From Deltaproteobacteria bacterium (GTDB lineage: Bacteria; JADJOY01): a stretch of DNA of 64,000 nt. Under the pieces are notes generated by a model. The model was not told the origin of the DNA. It worked only from the letters and a program-made list of their open reading frames with translations, and did not search any database. Position numbers and translations under genes: made by a program. The stretch is from positions 42,900 to 106,899 of the forward strand of contig JADJOY010000020.1 of assembly GCA_016713535.1 (NCBI GenBank). Direction: 5' to 3'. Shown one piece after another: positions 53,045 through 62,971 of the stretch; positions within the stretch are counted from its first letter, which is position 1; every line of letters begins with the position of its first letter.

Positions 53045-54721
53045 TCAGCCTCCGAAGTACGTGGCGACGTACCGGTCCATCTCGGCGGTGGGCTTCCACC
53101 ACTTCTTGACGCCCAGGTCGTCCGCAACCCGGTTCGCGCCGAGATAGCCCCCGCCGCCGAGGACGCCTCCGCCCGGATAGTTGGACGCACCCGCGGTGTA
53201 GAGGCCCGGGATCGGCGTGATGCTGCTCGAGCACTCCTGGTTGGGCCGGAAGCAGCCGAGCTGGATCGGCAGGTAGTCGCCGTGCTTGATGGCGCCGCGG
53301 CGCATGTTGGGGAAGCGGATCTCGATGTCGACCGGTGTCTCCTGGTGGGTCATGACGATGTTCTCGCGGCGCATGTTGGGCGCGTAGCGCGCCCAGCGCG
53401 CGAGCATCGCGTCCTCGATCGCCGCGCCGCGCGCCTCCCAGCCGCCTTCGAGGTCGTAGGGCGCGTGCATCTGCAGGAACGCCACCTTGCGGTGCGCGCG
53501 CGACGGCGGGACCCGCACCAGGTGGCTGTCCCAGCTGCTCTCGCAGGTCGCGTGGCCGCCGAGCGCCGCCGGGTCGAGCTTGCCGGCGATGACGTTGTCC
53601 CAATGCGCGAGGAGCTGTGCCGAGCCCTCGAAGCCGAGGATGGTCATGAACGCCTCGCTCGCCCACGGATCCTTGGGGAGGTAGCGCGGCGCCTCCTCGG
53701 CGACGACGTGCAAGGTGTCGAAGCTCCACTTGTCGTACTTCCAGCCGCTGACGGCGGTGTGGAGCTCGCTCGGCAGGTTGCCGCCACCCACCAGATCGAG
53801 GAACGTCGTGTGCGGGTCGAGGGTGGAGATCACCACGTCGCTGAAGAGCGTGCGTCCCTCCCACAGCTCCACGCCCGCCACGCGGCCGTTGCGGAGCAGG
53901 ATCTTATCGACCTGCGACGAGTCGAGGATCAGCCCGCCGGCGCGCACGAACTCGCGCGCGAGCGCGCCCGCGAGCTTGTGCGAGCCGCCCTGGCAGTAGC
54001 ACTTGTTCATCAGCCGATCGAGGTAGAGCGGAACGAAGAGCCCGAGCCCGGTCTCGCGCGGATCGAGCCCCCACATGCACACGTGGTAGAGGAGGAACGC
54101 ACGGATGCGGTCGTTCTCGAACAGGCTCTCGATGACGTCGAGGGGGCTGCGTTCGACCAGCTCGAGGAGCTCGCGACCTTCGGCGGTCTTCTGGAACGCC
54201 ACGCTGATGTCGATGGGCGCGAGCGGCGGCAGGTACGTCGCGGGCGCGATGATCTCGCGCACGATCTTGCGCCAACGCCCCATCGTGCGGCTGAAGGTGT
54301 CGGCGTCCTTCACCGAGAACTTCATGAACGAGTCGGCGGTGTCCTCGATCATGCGCGTCAGCAGCAGCGACTCGCCGTTCTCGAACACCATCGAGCTCTG
54401 CAGGTTCGGCTTGATCCACACCAGCCCGTGCTTGGCGAGATCGAAGTCCCTGAGCGCCGGCATGTAGTCGACCATCATGTGGTAGATGGCGTGCATGTTC
54501 GAGTAGTAGCCGGGGAACAGGATCTCCTCGGTCGCGAGCCCCCCACCGATCTCGTAGCGCCGCTCGACCAGCGCCACCTTGAGCCCGGCGCGCGCGAGGT
54601 AGGCGGCGGCGATCAGACCGTTGTGTCCCGCTCCGATCACGACGACGTCCCAGCGGCTCTCGGGAGGGAACTCCTCGAAGAAGCTCTGGGGATGCTGAAA
54701 ACCCTTGAACTCGTGCGGCAT
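53045..54721 (-). CDS. NAD(P)/FAD-dependent oxidoreductase, phytoene-desaturase (CrtI)-like family, paralog 1
   Basis: VVVIGAGHNGLIAAAYLARAGLKVALVERR, with amine-oxidase/CrtI-like architecture. Confidence 0.85.
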   Translation of the reverse strand: MPHEFKGFQHPQSFFEEFPPESRWDVVVIGAGHNGLIAAAYLARAGLKVALVERRYEIGGGLATEEILFPGYYSNMHAIYHMMVDYMPALRDFDLAKHGLVWIKPNLQSSMVFENGESLLLTRMIEDTADSFMKFSVKDADTFSRTMGRWRKIVREIIAPATYLPPLAPIDISVAFQKTAEGRELLELVERSPLDVIESLFENDRIRAFLLYHVCMWGLDPRETGLGLFVPLYLDRLMNKCYCQGGSHKLAGALAREFVRAGGLILDSSQVDKILLRNGRVAGVELWEGRTLFSDVVISTLDPHTTFLDLVGGGNLPSELHTAVSGWKYDKWSFDTLHVVAEEAPRYLPKDPWASEAFMTILGFEGSAQLLAHWDNVIAGKLDPAALGGHATCESSWDSHLVRVPPSRAHRKVAFLQMHAPYDLEGGWEARGAAIEDAMLARWARYAPNMRRENIVMTHQETPVDIEIRFPNMRRGAIKHGDYLPIQLGCFRPNQECSSSITPIPGLYTAGASNYPGGGVLGGGGYLGANRVADDLGVKKWWKPTAEMDRYVATYFGG

Positions 54722-54744
54722 GGCCCATCCCTCCTCGGGGGTGC

Positions 54745-56484
54745 TCAGGATCGAGCGCGTCCTTCACCTCGCTTCGCCGAAATCTTCCCCTTCTCGGGGA
54801 TGTACCAAGGCGACGCGTACCACCAGTCGCCGGGCTCCGCGACGCCATCCTCGATCAGGATGTGCATCAGGTTGTAGCCGACGGCCATCAAGCACAGCCC
54901 GCCTGGATGCGCCGCCGACTGGTGCGCCAGGTAGAGCCCCTCGATCTCGGGGACGCGATAGCGCGCGAGCTCGGGGAGCGGCCGCGCGTTCCACCACTGG
55001 TCGCGGTCGCAACGAATGCCGTACCACGACCCACCGAGCATGCCGGTGTTGCGGAACTCCTGCTCGAACGGACTGTCGCTCCACATCCGCACCAGGTTGT
55101 CGTCGTCGAGGTTTTCCACCACGCACGAGAGCGTCTGACGCATGTATTCGTCCCAGCGCTTCTTGTCGGCCGGCGTTCGGTCCATCGCGTCGACGCCGTC
55201 GACGTTGTATTCGGGCGTCGGCACCATCATCCAGAGCGGGCCGTTCACGTAGTAGCCGTCGCGCGTGCACTGGGGCTGGGTGGGGTCGTAGAGGTTCGCG
55301 GCCACCATTCCCCACATCGCCTGGTCGGGTGGGATGTCGAGGTTCTGCTGGCGCCCCACCACGCACTCCAGGTTCTTGAAGTAGAGCTCCTTCGACTCCA
55401 TGCAGTAGAAGCCGCCCGTGAACGGGTGCGGCTCCTGGTCGAGCCACTTGAACTTCGGCCGGTAACGCAGCTCCTCGCGCGTGAGGAAGTGCGCCATGTA
55501 GAGGCTTCCGCCCTTGAGGCTGAGATCGGCGATGCGCTGCCGGAAGCCGGCGTCGAGATGCTGGGCGCCGATCATCTTCAGGAAGGTGGGCTTGATGTGG
55601 GCGGCGCTGATGACCGCCTTGTCGGCCCAGATCCGCTTGGCGCCCCAGGTCGCGTCGTCGCGCAGCCGCACACCCGCGGCGCGGCCGTTCTGGATGATGA
55701 TCTCCTCGACCGGGCAGCAGGTGCGGAAGGTCGCACCGTGCGCGATCGCGCAGCGAAACAGCGCGTGGTAGTAGCCGTGCATGTTGCCGCGCGCCGCCAC
55801 CGGCTTCGCGACCGCCGGCGGCAGCACCGTCGCGACGCACTCGACGGCCGGCACGGCCATTCCCGGGAAGTGTCCGAAGGCGCCCGAGACGTTCGCGATG
55901 TACGCCTGATGGACCTTGAACGGCTCACTGTCGATGGCCTGGTCCATGAAGTCGAACATCGTCCATTCGAGCATCTCCTTGGTCCAGAACTCCGGCATCG
56001 AGTCGCGGAACACCTGCATGTACGGGATGGTGTTCTCGTCGAGCTCGACGTAGCTCGGATGGGGCGGCGTCCAGAACGTCGCGCGCAGCAGATCCTTGTA
56101 ACAAGGCGGGTCGCTCAAGAGCCCGGTGATCTTGGCCCAACCCATCTTGTCCTCGTCGGAGACCCGCACCAGGCCGTCGCGGGTCATCGGCCCGCGATCC
56201 TGATCGAACGGCACCTCCTTGCGCGGGTCGTAGTCCATGCGGAAGCCGTAGCGCCACAGTTCGAGCTGCTCCCAGCCCGGCGCCGAGCCGCCGTAGTTGC
56301 CGATCGCGTGCGGCTGGATCCGCACTCCCGCCATCGGCTCGCAGGTCTCCTGCGCGCCGCCGCACTCCGGGCGGTCCTCCAGCACGCACACCCTGAGGCC
56401 GCACTTGGAAAGGTAGGCCGCGGTGGTCGTGCCGTTGTGGCCGGCGCCGATGATGACCACGTCGTAGCGTTCGTCCTTCGCCAT
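54745..56484 (-). CDS. CrtI-like FAD-dependent oxidoreductase, paralog 2
   Basis: VVIIGAGHNGTTTAAYLSKCGLRVCVLEDR. Clear paralog of 53045..54721. Confidence 0.85.
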   Translation of the reverse strand: MAKDERYDVVIIGAGHNGTTTAAYLSKCGLRVCVLEDRPECGGAQETCEPMAGVRIQPHAIGNYGGSAPGWEQLELWRYGFRMDYDPRKEVPFDQDRGPMTRDGLVRVSDEDKMGWAKITGLLSDPPCYKDLLRATFWTPPHPSYVELDENTIPYMQVFRDSMPEFWTKEMLEWTMFDFMDQAIDSEPFKVHQAYIANVSGAFGHFPGMAVPAVECVATVLPPAVAKPVAARGNMHGYYHALFRCAIAHGATFRTCCPVEEIIIQNGRAAGVRLRDDATWGAKRIWADKAVISAAHIKPTFLKMIGAQHLDAGFRQRIADLSLKGGSLYMAHFLTREELRYRPKFKWLDQEPHPFTGGFYCMESKELYFKNLECVVGRQQNLDIPPDQAMWGMVAANLYDPTQPQCTRDGYYVNGPLWMMVPTPEYNVDGVDAMDRTPADKKRWDEYMRQTLSCVVENLDDDNLVRMWSDSPFEQEFRNTGMLGGSWYGIRCDRDQWWNARPLPELARYRVPEIEGLYLAHQSAAHPGGLCLMAVGYNLMHILIEDGVAEPGDWWYASPWYIPEKGKISAKRGEGRARS

Positions 56485-56580
56485 CGCTCGTCCCTCGTTC
56501 CGATCCCGTCGTGCGGCGCACCAAGCGCCCTGCGGATGCCTCGCTCACCCGTTCGATCGGCGGCGTTCCCGGGCCCCATC

Positions 56581-58056
56581 TCACGCCACGGCCGCGCCGG
56601 CGGGCTGGCGCAGGTACGCGAGCACGGCGCGCGCGACGGCCATGCCCGAGGTCGCGGCCTGGTGCGTGCCCATTCCCGCGGCGCCCGCGTCGGTCCCCGC
56701 GAGGAAGAGCCCCGCGATGGGGGTCTCGACGCCGGGCTTGTGGCGGCCGCACTGGCCGACGATCTGGCCGAGGCCGACGCACTCGCCGCCCTGGCCGGGG
56801 AGCACCGAGTCGCGGGTATGCGCCGAGATCTCGGCCGGGCCGTCGGTCTCACGCTCGACGACCGCCTTCCACGCCTCCGGGTAGACGCGCTCGATCATGG
56901 CGTCGACGCGCCGGTAGAGCGCGTCGATCTCGGAGGCCTTTGGGTCCGATGAGCAGATCGTCCCGGCGATCAGGCACTGCCGGCCGGGAGGCGCCATCGC
57001 CGGGTCGAAGACCGCGGGCACGGTGAGGAACACGATCACCTCGTCGGGAACGTGTCCCTCGGTCACGCGCCGCGCGCGCTCGGCGTTCCACCAGCTCTCG
57101 TCCGAGTACAGCATCGCCATGCCGGTGCGGAAGACCGGCGCGTCGAGGAAGTAGCGGACCGTCGCCCAGCCTCCTCCCGGCGCCAGTGCGCGCACCCGCT
57201 CGAGATACGTGGCGTCGAGGTGCTTGGATCCGACGAGCTTGAGCATCGTCGGCTGGATGCCGGCGCTCGACACGACGGCGCGGGCGCGGATGCGGCCGTG
57301 CTGCGTTTCGACGCCCTGCACGCGGCCGTCGTCGATCCGGATCCGCTCGACCCGGTGCGCCGTGTGGATCTCCCCGCCCATGCCGCGGAATGCCTCGGCG
57401 ATGTCGTCGAGCACGCGCCCGAAGCCGCCGCGGTAGTACCCGCCGGCTCCACGCAGCGCGATGTCCTGGAGGATGCGGACCTGCTCGGAGGCGGCGACGC
57501 GGTCGATGTACTCGGCGAGCGACGCGTTCGCGTGCATCGCCATGTAGCTGTAGAGCCGCCACGGCACTCCCGCGCGCGAACCGAGGTACTCGTGCATCGT
57601 CAGGTCGTCGAGCGCGTCCAGCTCGGCGCCCTCGAGCATCACGAGCTCGGTGAGGCGGCTGAACGCGTCCAGACGCTCGGCCTCCGTCAGGCCCCACAGA
57701 TCGAAGAGCGGCGTCGGGTCATCCCCGGTCTGCGGCGCCACGACCGTGCGATAGGTGCCCTCGTCCCTCGGGCGGTACGAGAGCGTCGCCGCCTCGAGGG
57801 GGATGGCGCCGAGGCGCGTCGAGAGGCCGAGCGCTCCGAACAGGGTCTCGAACGCCGGGCTGCGCATCGGCACCTGGAGCTTGGGGCCGAGCTCGTAGCG
57901 GAAGCCGCGCCGCGACACCGTGACGGGCTTTCCCCCGACGCGGGTACCCTTCTCGACGAGGACCACTCTGGTTCCGTGGTGGGCGAGGAGAGCGGCACAC
58001 GCCAGCCCACCCGGACCTCCACCGATGACCACCACGTCCGCGACGTCGTTCGCCAT
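56581..58056 (-). CDS. CrtI/CrtD-like FAD-dependent oxidoreductase, paralog 3
   Basis: VVVIGGGPGGLACAALLAHHGTRVVLVEKGTRVGGK. Confidence 0.85.
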   Translation of the reverse strand: MANDVADVVVIGGGPGGLACAALLAHHGTRVVLVEKGTRVGGKPVTVSRRGFRYELGPKLQVPMRSPAFETLFGALGLSTRLGAIPLEAATLSYRPRDEGTYRTVVAPQTGDDPTPLFDLWGLTEAERLDAFSRLTELVMLEGAELDALDDLTMHEYLGSRAGVPWRLYSYMAMHANASLAEYIDRVAASEQVRILQDIALRGAGGYYRGGFGRVLDDIAEAFRGMGGEIHTAHRVERIRIDDGRVQGVETQHGRIRARAVVSSAGIQPTMLKLVGSKHLDATYLERVRALAPGGGWATVRYFLDAPVFRTGMAMLYSDESWWNAERARRVTEGHVPDEVIVFLTVPAVFDPAMAPPGRQCLIAGTICSSDPKASEIDALYRRVDAMIERVYPEAWKAVVERETDGPAEISAHTRDSVLPGQGGECVGLGQIVGQCGRHKPGVETPIAGLFLAGTDAGAAGMGTHQAATSGMAVARAVLAYLRQPAGAAVA

Positions 58057-58216
58057 GACGCCCTCCGGGATCCGCGAGCGCGATCCGGTTCGGTCGAACG
58101 AATGAAACGTGTTCTACCGGAGGCACGGTACGACTCGAACCGCGGGATTCCCGTGATCGGGGTCACGATACGACGCGAAAGTGGACTTCCCGCGGCAGGG
58201 CTGGCGCGCGGCGCCG

Positions 58217-60814
58217 TCACTCGTAGGCGAGCGCGTCCTGCACGACGAGCCGCGCGGCGCGCAGCCCCGGCACGAAACCCGCCGCGGCGGCGAGCGCGAT
58301 GACGCTCACCGTCATGCGTAGAGCCGCGAGCCACGGATAGTGGAACGGCACGTGCCAGCCGCTCGCCTGCACACCGATCACGTGCACGAACACGAGCGAC
58401 GCCGGCACCGCCACGAGGGCCCCCGTCAGCGCCGCGCAGAAGCCGAGCCACGCGCTCTCGGCGACCACGCTCGCGACCACCTGGTGGCGCTTGGCCCCGA
58501 TCGCGCGCAACACACCGATCTCGCGGGTCCGCGCCAGCACTCCGGCGAGCATCGTGCCCACCACGCCGAACACCGCCACCACCAGCGCCACCACCTCGCT
58601 CGCCTTCGAGATCGCGAACGTCTGCCGGATGATGTGGCGGATCTCCTCCTTGAAGACGCGCGCCGTCGTGACGAAGAGCCCGCCGTCGTCACCGGCCACC
58701 TCGGCGAGGGCGGCACGCACCCGGCTCGCCACCGCGTCCACGTCCTCGCCGGGCTTCACGTACACGTGCATGCCCTCGATCGCCTCCTGGCCCCAGTACT
58801 CGAGGGTCCACCGGCGGTCCATCATCAGCCAGCCCTGGTCGGTCGAGTAGTCGACGGCGATCGCGTGGATCGTGAACGGGTGCGGACCGGTCGGCGACGG
58901 CAGCGTGATCGTGTCGCCCGGCTTCAGGCGCTTCTTCCAGGCGAGGTTCTCGCTCACCAGCACCGCCGGCTCCTTCACCAGCGCGTCGCGCGGCGTCGGG
59001 AACGGGCCGTCGAGGATGCGGCGGTACTCGCTCGTCTCCATGCGCCGGAAGTAGTCGTACGACTCGAGGCTCAGCACCTCGAGGCGCAGATCCTCCCACG
59101 GGATCGAGAGCGAGCGGATCAGATTGGTGCCCTCGACGCCCGGCACCGCGTCGACCCATGAGCGCCACTCGGGCGAATACGCGACGCTCTCGCGATCGAT
59201 CGTCGGCGAGCCCGCGTGCACCAGCATGTCCGCCGGGATCGCCTGCTCGATCCACTCGAGGCAGCTCTTCTCGTACGAGTGGGTGTAGCTGGAGAGCGTG
59301 ACGCTCAGGCACGCGGCGAGCATGAGCGCACCGACCGAGATCGAGCTGCGGGCGAGCTCGCGGGTCACGTTCTCGACACCCAGCCGGGCCGACGGACCCA
59401 CCACCCGCAGCGCCAGCTGCGCCGCCACCGGCGTGAGCAGCGACACCACCGCCGGGGTGAGCGCGACCCCCGCGAGGAAGACCAGGATCCCGGCGCCGAA
59501 CCCCGCGCTCAGATGCTGCACCTGCGAGAGCGCGGCGGCGAGCCCGAAGCCGAGCGCCGAGAGCGCGACGAGCCCGCGCATCGAGCGGCGCCGCACGCCG
59601 GTCGCGTGGAGGTCGCGCCGCAAGGTCTCGACCGGCTGGAGATGAGCGGCCTCGCGGGACGGCAGCCACGCCGCACCGAGTGTCGCGAACAGGCCAAGGG
59701 CGAGGCCGAAGAGCGTGAGGTTCCGGCTCACCGTCACCCGAGGCGCGTTGATGTTCTCGAAGAGCCGCGACACCGTCGGCGCGAACTCGCCGACGATCTG
59801 CGTCGCGAGCACCCTGCCGAGCACCACGCCGAACGCGCTGCCCACCAGGCCGATCACCGCCGCCTCGGCGAGGAACACGCCGGCCACGCGCCCGCGCGAC
59901 ACGCCGACGCTGCGCAGGATGCCGATCTCGCGGCGCCGCTCGGTCACCGACACCGCGACCGCGTTGTAGATCAGGAACATCCCGATCAGCACCGCGATGC
60001 TTCCGCTCATCTGCATGCCGTAGCGGAAGCTCGACGTCATGCGCGCGAGCTGGTCGGCGCGTTTGGACGGCGTCTCCACCCGCGCCTTGTCGCCGATCAG
60101 CGCCTGGAGGCGCGCCCGGCCTTCGTCACGGGTGAGGCCCGGAGCAAGCTCGACGTCGATGCGGTCGATGTTGGTGCCGCGCACGAAGCCGACCTGCGCC
60201 GCGTCGAGGTTGAGGATCAGCACCTGGCCGCCGAACGCGCGCGCCTTGCCGTCGTCGGCGAGCACCGACCACACCTTGAACTCGCGCAGCCCCTCGCCGG
60301 TGCGCAGCCACATCGCCGAGCCGACGTCGAGGCCCTGGTCGCGGGCGAGGGTCTCGCTGATCAGCACCGCGCCGGGCGTGTTCACGAACGAGATCGCGTC
60401 TCCGAACACGTCCGGCCCCTTCGCCGTCTTGAAGGGCAGGAAGTCGAGGTCGCCGAAAAAGTCGACGCCCAGCACCAGCACCCTGAGCCCCGGCTTGCCG
60501 CCGTTGCCCTTCAGGTAGCTGGTCTGCTCGATGCGGCCGGCGAAGTGCTTGGCGACCTCGCGGTGGTCGTCGAGGACCTCGAGCAGCGACATGTCGATCC
60601 CGGCCTCGTCGCCGACGATCTCCAGGTCGGCCTTGCCGGCTGCGCGGTCGGAGAGCTGGTCGAACGCGTCGAGCACCGACTCGTTGGTCGCGCGCATGCC
60701 GATCACCAGCGCCACGCCGAACGCCACGCCGAGGAGCGTGAGCGTCGAGCGCACCGGACGCGTGAACAGGTGCCGGAGCGAGACGAAGCGCACCAGCGCG
60801 CGGAAGCCGCTCAT
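58217..60814 (-). CDS. ABC transporter permease with duplicated FtsX domains (MacB/YbbP-like)
   Basis: 865 aa with two FtsX-type 4-TM modules and periplasmic loops. The start ATG overlaps the ATPase stop. Confidence 0.9.
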   Translation of the reverse strand: MSGFRALVRFVSLRHLFTRPVRSTLTLLGVAFGVALVIGMRATNESVLDAFDQLSDRAAGKADLEIVGDEAGIDMSLLEVLDDHREVAKHFAGRIEQTSYLKGNGGKPGLRVLVLGVDFFGDLDFLPFKTAKGPDVFGDAISFVNTPGAVLISETLARDQGLDVGSAMWLRTGEGLREFKVWSVLADDGKARAFGGQVLILNLDAAQVGFVRGTNIDRIDVELAPGLTRDEGRARLQALIGDKARVETPSKRADQLARMTSSFRYGMQMSGSIAVLIGMFLIYNAVAVSVTERRREIGILRSVGVSRGRVAGVFLAEAAVIGLVGSAFGVVLGRVLATQIVGEFAPTVSRLFENINAPRVTVSRNLTLFGLALGLFATLGAAWLPSREAAHLQPVETLRRDLHATGVRRRSMRGLVALSALGFGLAAALSQVQHLSAGFGAGILVFLAGVALTPAVVSLLTPVAAQLALRVVGPSARLGVENVTRELARSSISVGALMLAACLSVTLSSYTHSYEKSCLEWIEQAIPADMLVHAGSPTIDRESVAYSPEWRSWVDAVPGVEGTNLIRSLSIPWEDLRLEVLSLESYDYFRRMETSEYRRILDGPFPTPRDALVKEPAVLVSENLAWKKRLKPGDTITLPSPTGPHPFTIHAIAVDYSTDQGWLMMDRRWTLEYWGQEAIEGMHVYVKPGEDVDAVASRVRAALAEVAGDDGGLFVTTARVFKEEIRHIIRQTFAISKASEVVALVVAVFGVVGTMLAGVLARTREIGVLRAIGAKRHQVVASVVAESAWLGFCAALTGALVAVPASLVFVHVIGVQASGWHVPFHYPWLAALRMTVSVIALAAAAGFVPGLRAARLVVQDALAYE

Positions 60815-61575
60815 GGCGCGGCCGGGGCCGGGGCGGCGGCCGGACGTGACCGTTCGTCGGACACGACCTGCCCATCGCGCAGCGTGATGACCCGGCTCGC
60901 GCGCGCGGCGATGCGCGGGTCATGGGTGATGAGCACGACGGTGCGGCGCGCGCCGGCGGCGCCGAACAGGAGCTCGAGGACCTCCTCGCCGGTGCGGGTG
61001 TCGAGGTTCCCGGTGGGCTCGTCGGCGAGGATGAGCGGCGGGTCGTTGACCAGCGCGCGAGCGATCGCGACCCGCTGCATCTCGCCGCCCGAGAGCTGGT
61101 GCGGGCGGTGGCCGATGCGCTGCCCGAGGCCGACCTGCCGCAAGCGCTCCTCGGCGCGCGGCCGCACCGCGCCGAGCTTCTCGCCCGCGAGCAAGGACGG
61201 CAGCATCACGTTCTCGAGAGCGCTCAGCGTCGGCAGCAGGTTGAAGAACTGGAACACGAAGCCGATCCGATCGCGGCGCAGCGCGGTGAGCGCGCCGTCG
61301 CCGAGGTTCCCGAGGTCCTCCCCGCCGATCCTCACCGTGCCGGTGGTGGCCCGATCGAGGGCGCCGATCAGGTTGAGCATGGTGCTCTTCCCGGACCCGG
61401 ACGGGCCGATGATCGCCACCAGCTCGCCGGCGTGGATGGAGAGCGTCACACCCCGCAGCGCGTGAACCACCGCCTCGTCCGAGGACTCGCCTCCCGGCTG
61501 GTCCTCGATGGCGCTGGCGTAGCTCTTGGTGACCTCGAGTAGCTCGATCGCGACCACCTGATCGGACACGCCCAC
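60811..61575 (-). CDS. ABC transporter ATP-binding protein (MacB/LolD-type)
   Basis: Walker [10 protein letters not shown], signature LSGGEMQRV and Walker [12 protein letters not shown]. The likely start is the GTG at about 61569, which has GAGGGGG upstream. Confidence 0.9.
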   Translation of the reverse strand: MGVSDQVVAIELLEVTKSYASAIEDQPGGESSDEAVVHALRGVTLSIHAGELVAIIGPSGSGKSTMLNLIGALDRATTGTVRIGGEDLGNLGDGALTALRRDRIGFVFQFFNLLPTLSALENVMLPSLLAGEKLGAVRPRAEERLRQVGLGQRIGHRPHQLSGGEMQRVAIARALVNDPPLILADEPTGNLDTRTGEEVLELLFGAAGARRTVVLITHDPRIAARASRVITLRDGQVVSDERSRPAAAPAPAAP

Positions 61576-61596
61576 CCCCTCGCGGTGCTCACGCGC

Positions 61597-62358
61597 ATGG
61601 ACCGCAGGATCGATCTAGCGCGGTTCGCCGGCGCTTGGCTCGTCGGGCGCCGCTCGCCGGCCGGCGGATCGAGCCGCCCGAGCCGTGTGGTAAACCGGTG
61701 CCACCTTCCGCCCCGCGACGTGGTCATCGGCATGGCCGACGGCCTCACCGTGCCGTTCGCCCTCGCCGCCGGCCTCACGGGTGCGGTCGCCGGTAGCAAG
61801 ATCGTGGTCACGGCCGGCCTCGCCGAGGTCGCGGCGGGCGCGATCGCGATGGGGCTCGGTGGCTACCTCGCCGCCCGCGGCGACGCCGAGCACTACGCGA
61901 GCGAGCGCGCCCGCGAGGTGTGGGAGGTCGAGGAGAAGCCCGGCCAGGAGGCGAAGGAGGTCGTGGAGGTCCTCGAGAGCTACGGCCTCGACCCGGAGGA
62001 GAGCCGGACCGTCGTGAAGTCGCTGACGAAGCGCCCCGACGCGCTCGTCGAGTTCATGATGCGCTTCGAGCTGGGCCTCGAGAAGCCCGATCCGCGGCGC
62101 GCGCTCAGGAGCGGACTCACCATCGGCGCCGCCTACGTCGCCGGCGGCATGATCCCGCTCGCGCCGTATTTCTTCCTCGACGAGGCGCACGCGGCGCTGC
62201 CGCCCTCGGTGGCGATGACGGCGCTCGCGCTCGTGGTGTTCGGGTTCGTGAAGGCGCACTTCGCCGGCACCCACCGCGTTCGCGGCGCGCTGCAGACGCT
62301 GCTCGTGGGCGGACTCGCCGCGGGCGCCGCGTTCACGATCGCGCGGCTCCTCAGTTGA
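61597..62358 (+). CDS. VIT1/CCC1-family iron/manganese transporter
   Basis: RDVVIGMADGLTVPFALAAGLTGA motif. The start is ambiguous (GTG 61585, ATG 61597 or GTG 61687), and the earliest option leaves only about 10-20 nt to the divergent ABC gene. Confidence 0.7.
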   Translation: MDRRIDLARFAGAWLVGRRSPAGGSSRPSRVVNRCHLPPRDVVIGMADGLTVPFALAAGLTGAVAGSKIVVTAGLAEVAAGAIAMGLGGYLAARGDAEHYASERAREVWEVEEKPGQEAKEVVEVLESYGLDPEESRTVVKSLTKRPDALVEFMMRFELGLEKPDPRRALRSGLTIGAAYVAGGMIPLAPYFFLDEAHAALPPSVAMTALALVVFGFVKAHFAGTHRVRGALQTLLVGGLAAGAAFTIARLLS

Positions 62359-62386
62359 GCCCGCCACGCGCCGGCGTGACGAAGCC

Positions 62387-62908
62387 ATGAGCGCCCTGGA
62401 CCGTTATCGCGAGCTCGTCGCCAAGGTCGACGTGTTCTTCGGGCGGGTCGAGCAGCGCCACGGCGACCAGCTGCTGTGCGGCTCGGGCTGCTTCGACTGC
62501 TGCCTGGTGCGCCTGAGCGTGACGCCGGTCGAGGCCATCGTGATCGCCGATGCGCTCGCGCCGCTGCCCGCAACCACGCGGGCGCATCTCGCCGAGCGCG
62601 CGCGCCGCGACGACCCCGAGCGCTGCGCCGCCCTCGGCGACGACGGGCGCTGCGCGATCTACGCGGGCCGCCCGCTGGTGTGCCGGTCCCACGGCGTGCC
62701 GATCCGCCAGCGCGACGCGCGCGCCGAGGTGGTGATCGACACCTGCTTTCGCAACTTCGCGGAGCGCGGCGCGGGCGCCGCGGATCCAGACTGCGTGCTC
62801 GACCAGACGACGCTCTCGTTGACGCTGCTCGCGATCGACTCCGCCCACGCGGCCGAGACCGGCGGCGCCGCCGGGCGCCGGATCGCGATAGCGGACCTCC
62901 TCCGCTGA
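62387..62908 (+). CDS. YkgJ-family Cys-cluster (putative Zn/Fe-chelating) protein
   Basis: CGSGCFDCC plus further Cys pairs. Confidence 0.75.
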   Translation: MSALDRYRELVAKVDVFFGRVEQRHGDQLLCGSGCFDCCLVRLSVTPVEAIVIADALAPLPATTRAHLAERARRDDPERCAALGDDGRCAIYAGRPLVCRSHGVPIRQRDARAEVVIDTCFRNFAERGAGAADPDCVLDQTTLSLTLLAIDSAHAAETGGAAGRRIAIADLLR

Positions 62909-62971
62909 CCGTGCGGCTTCGGGCGTCGCGGTCCCTCGCGGCGCCCGGTCGTCACCCACCGCCGGGCTCGC

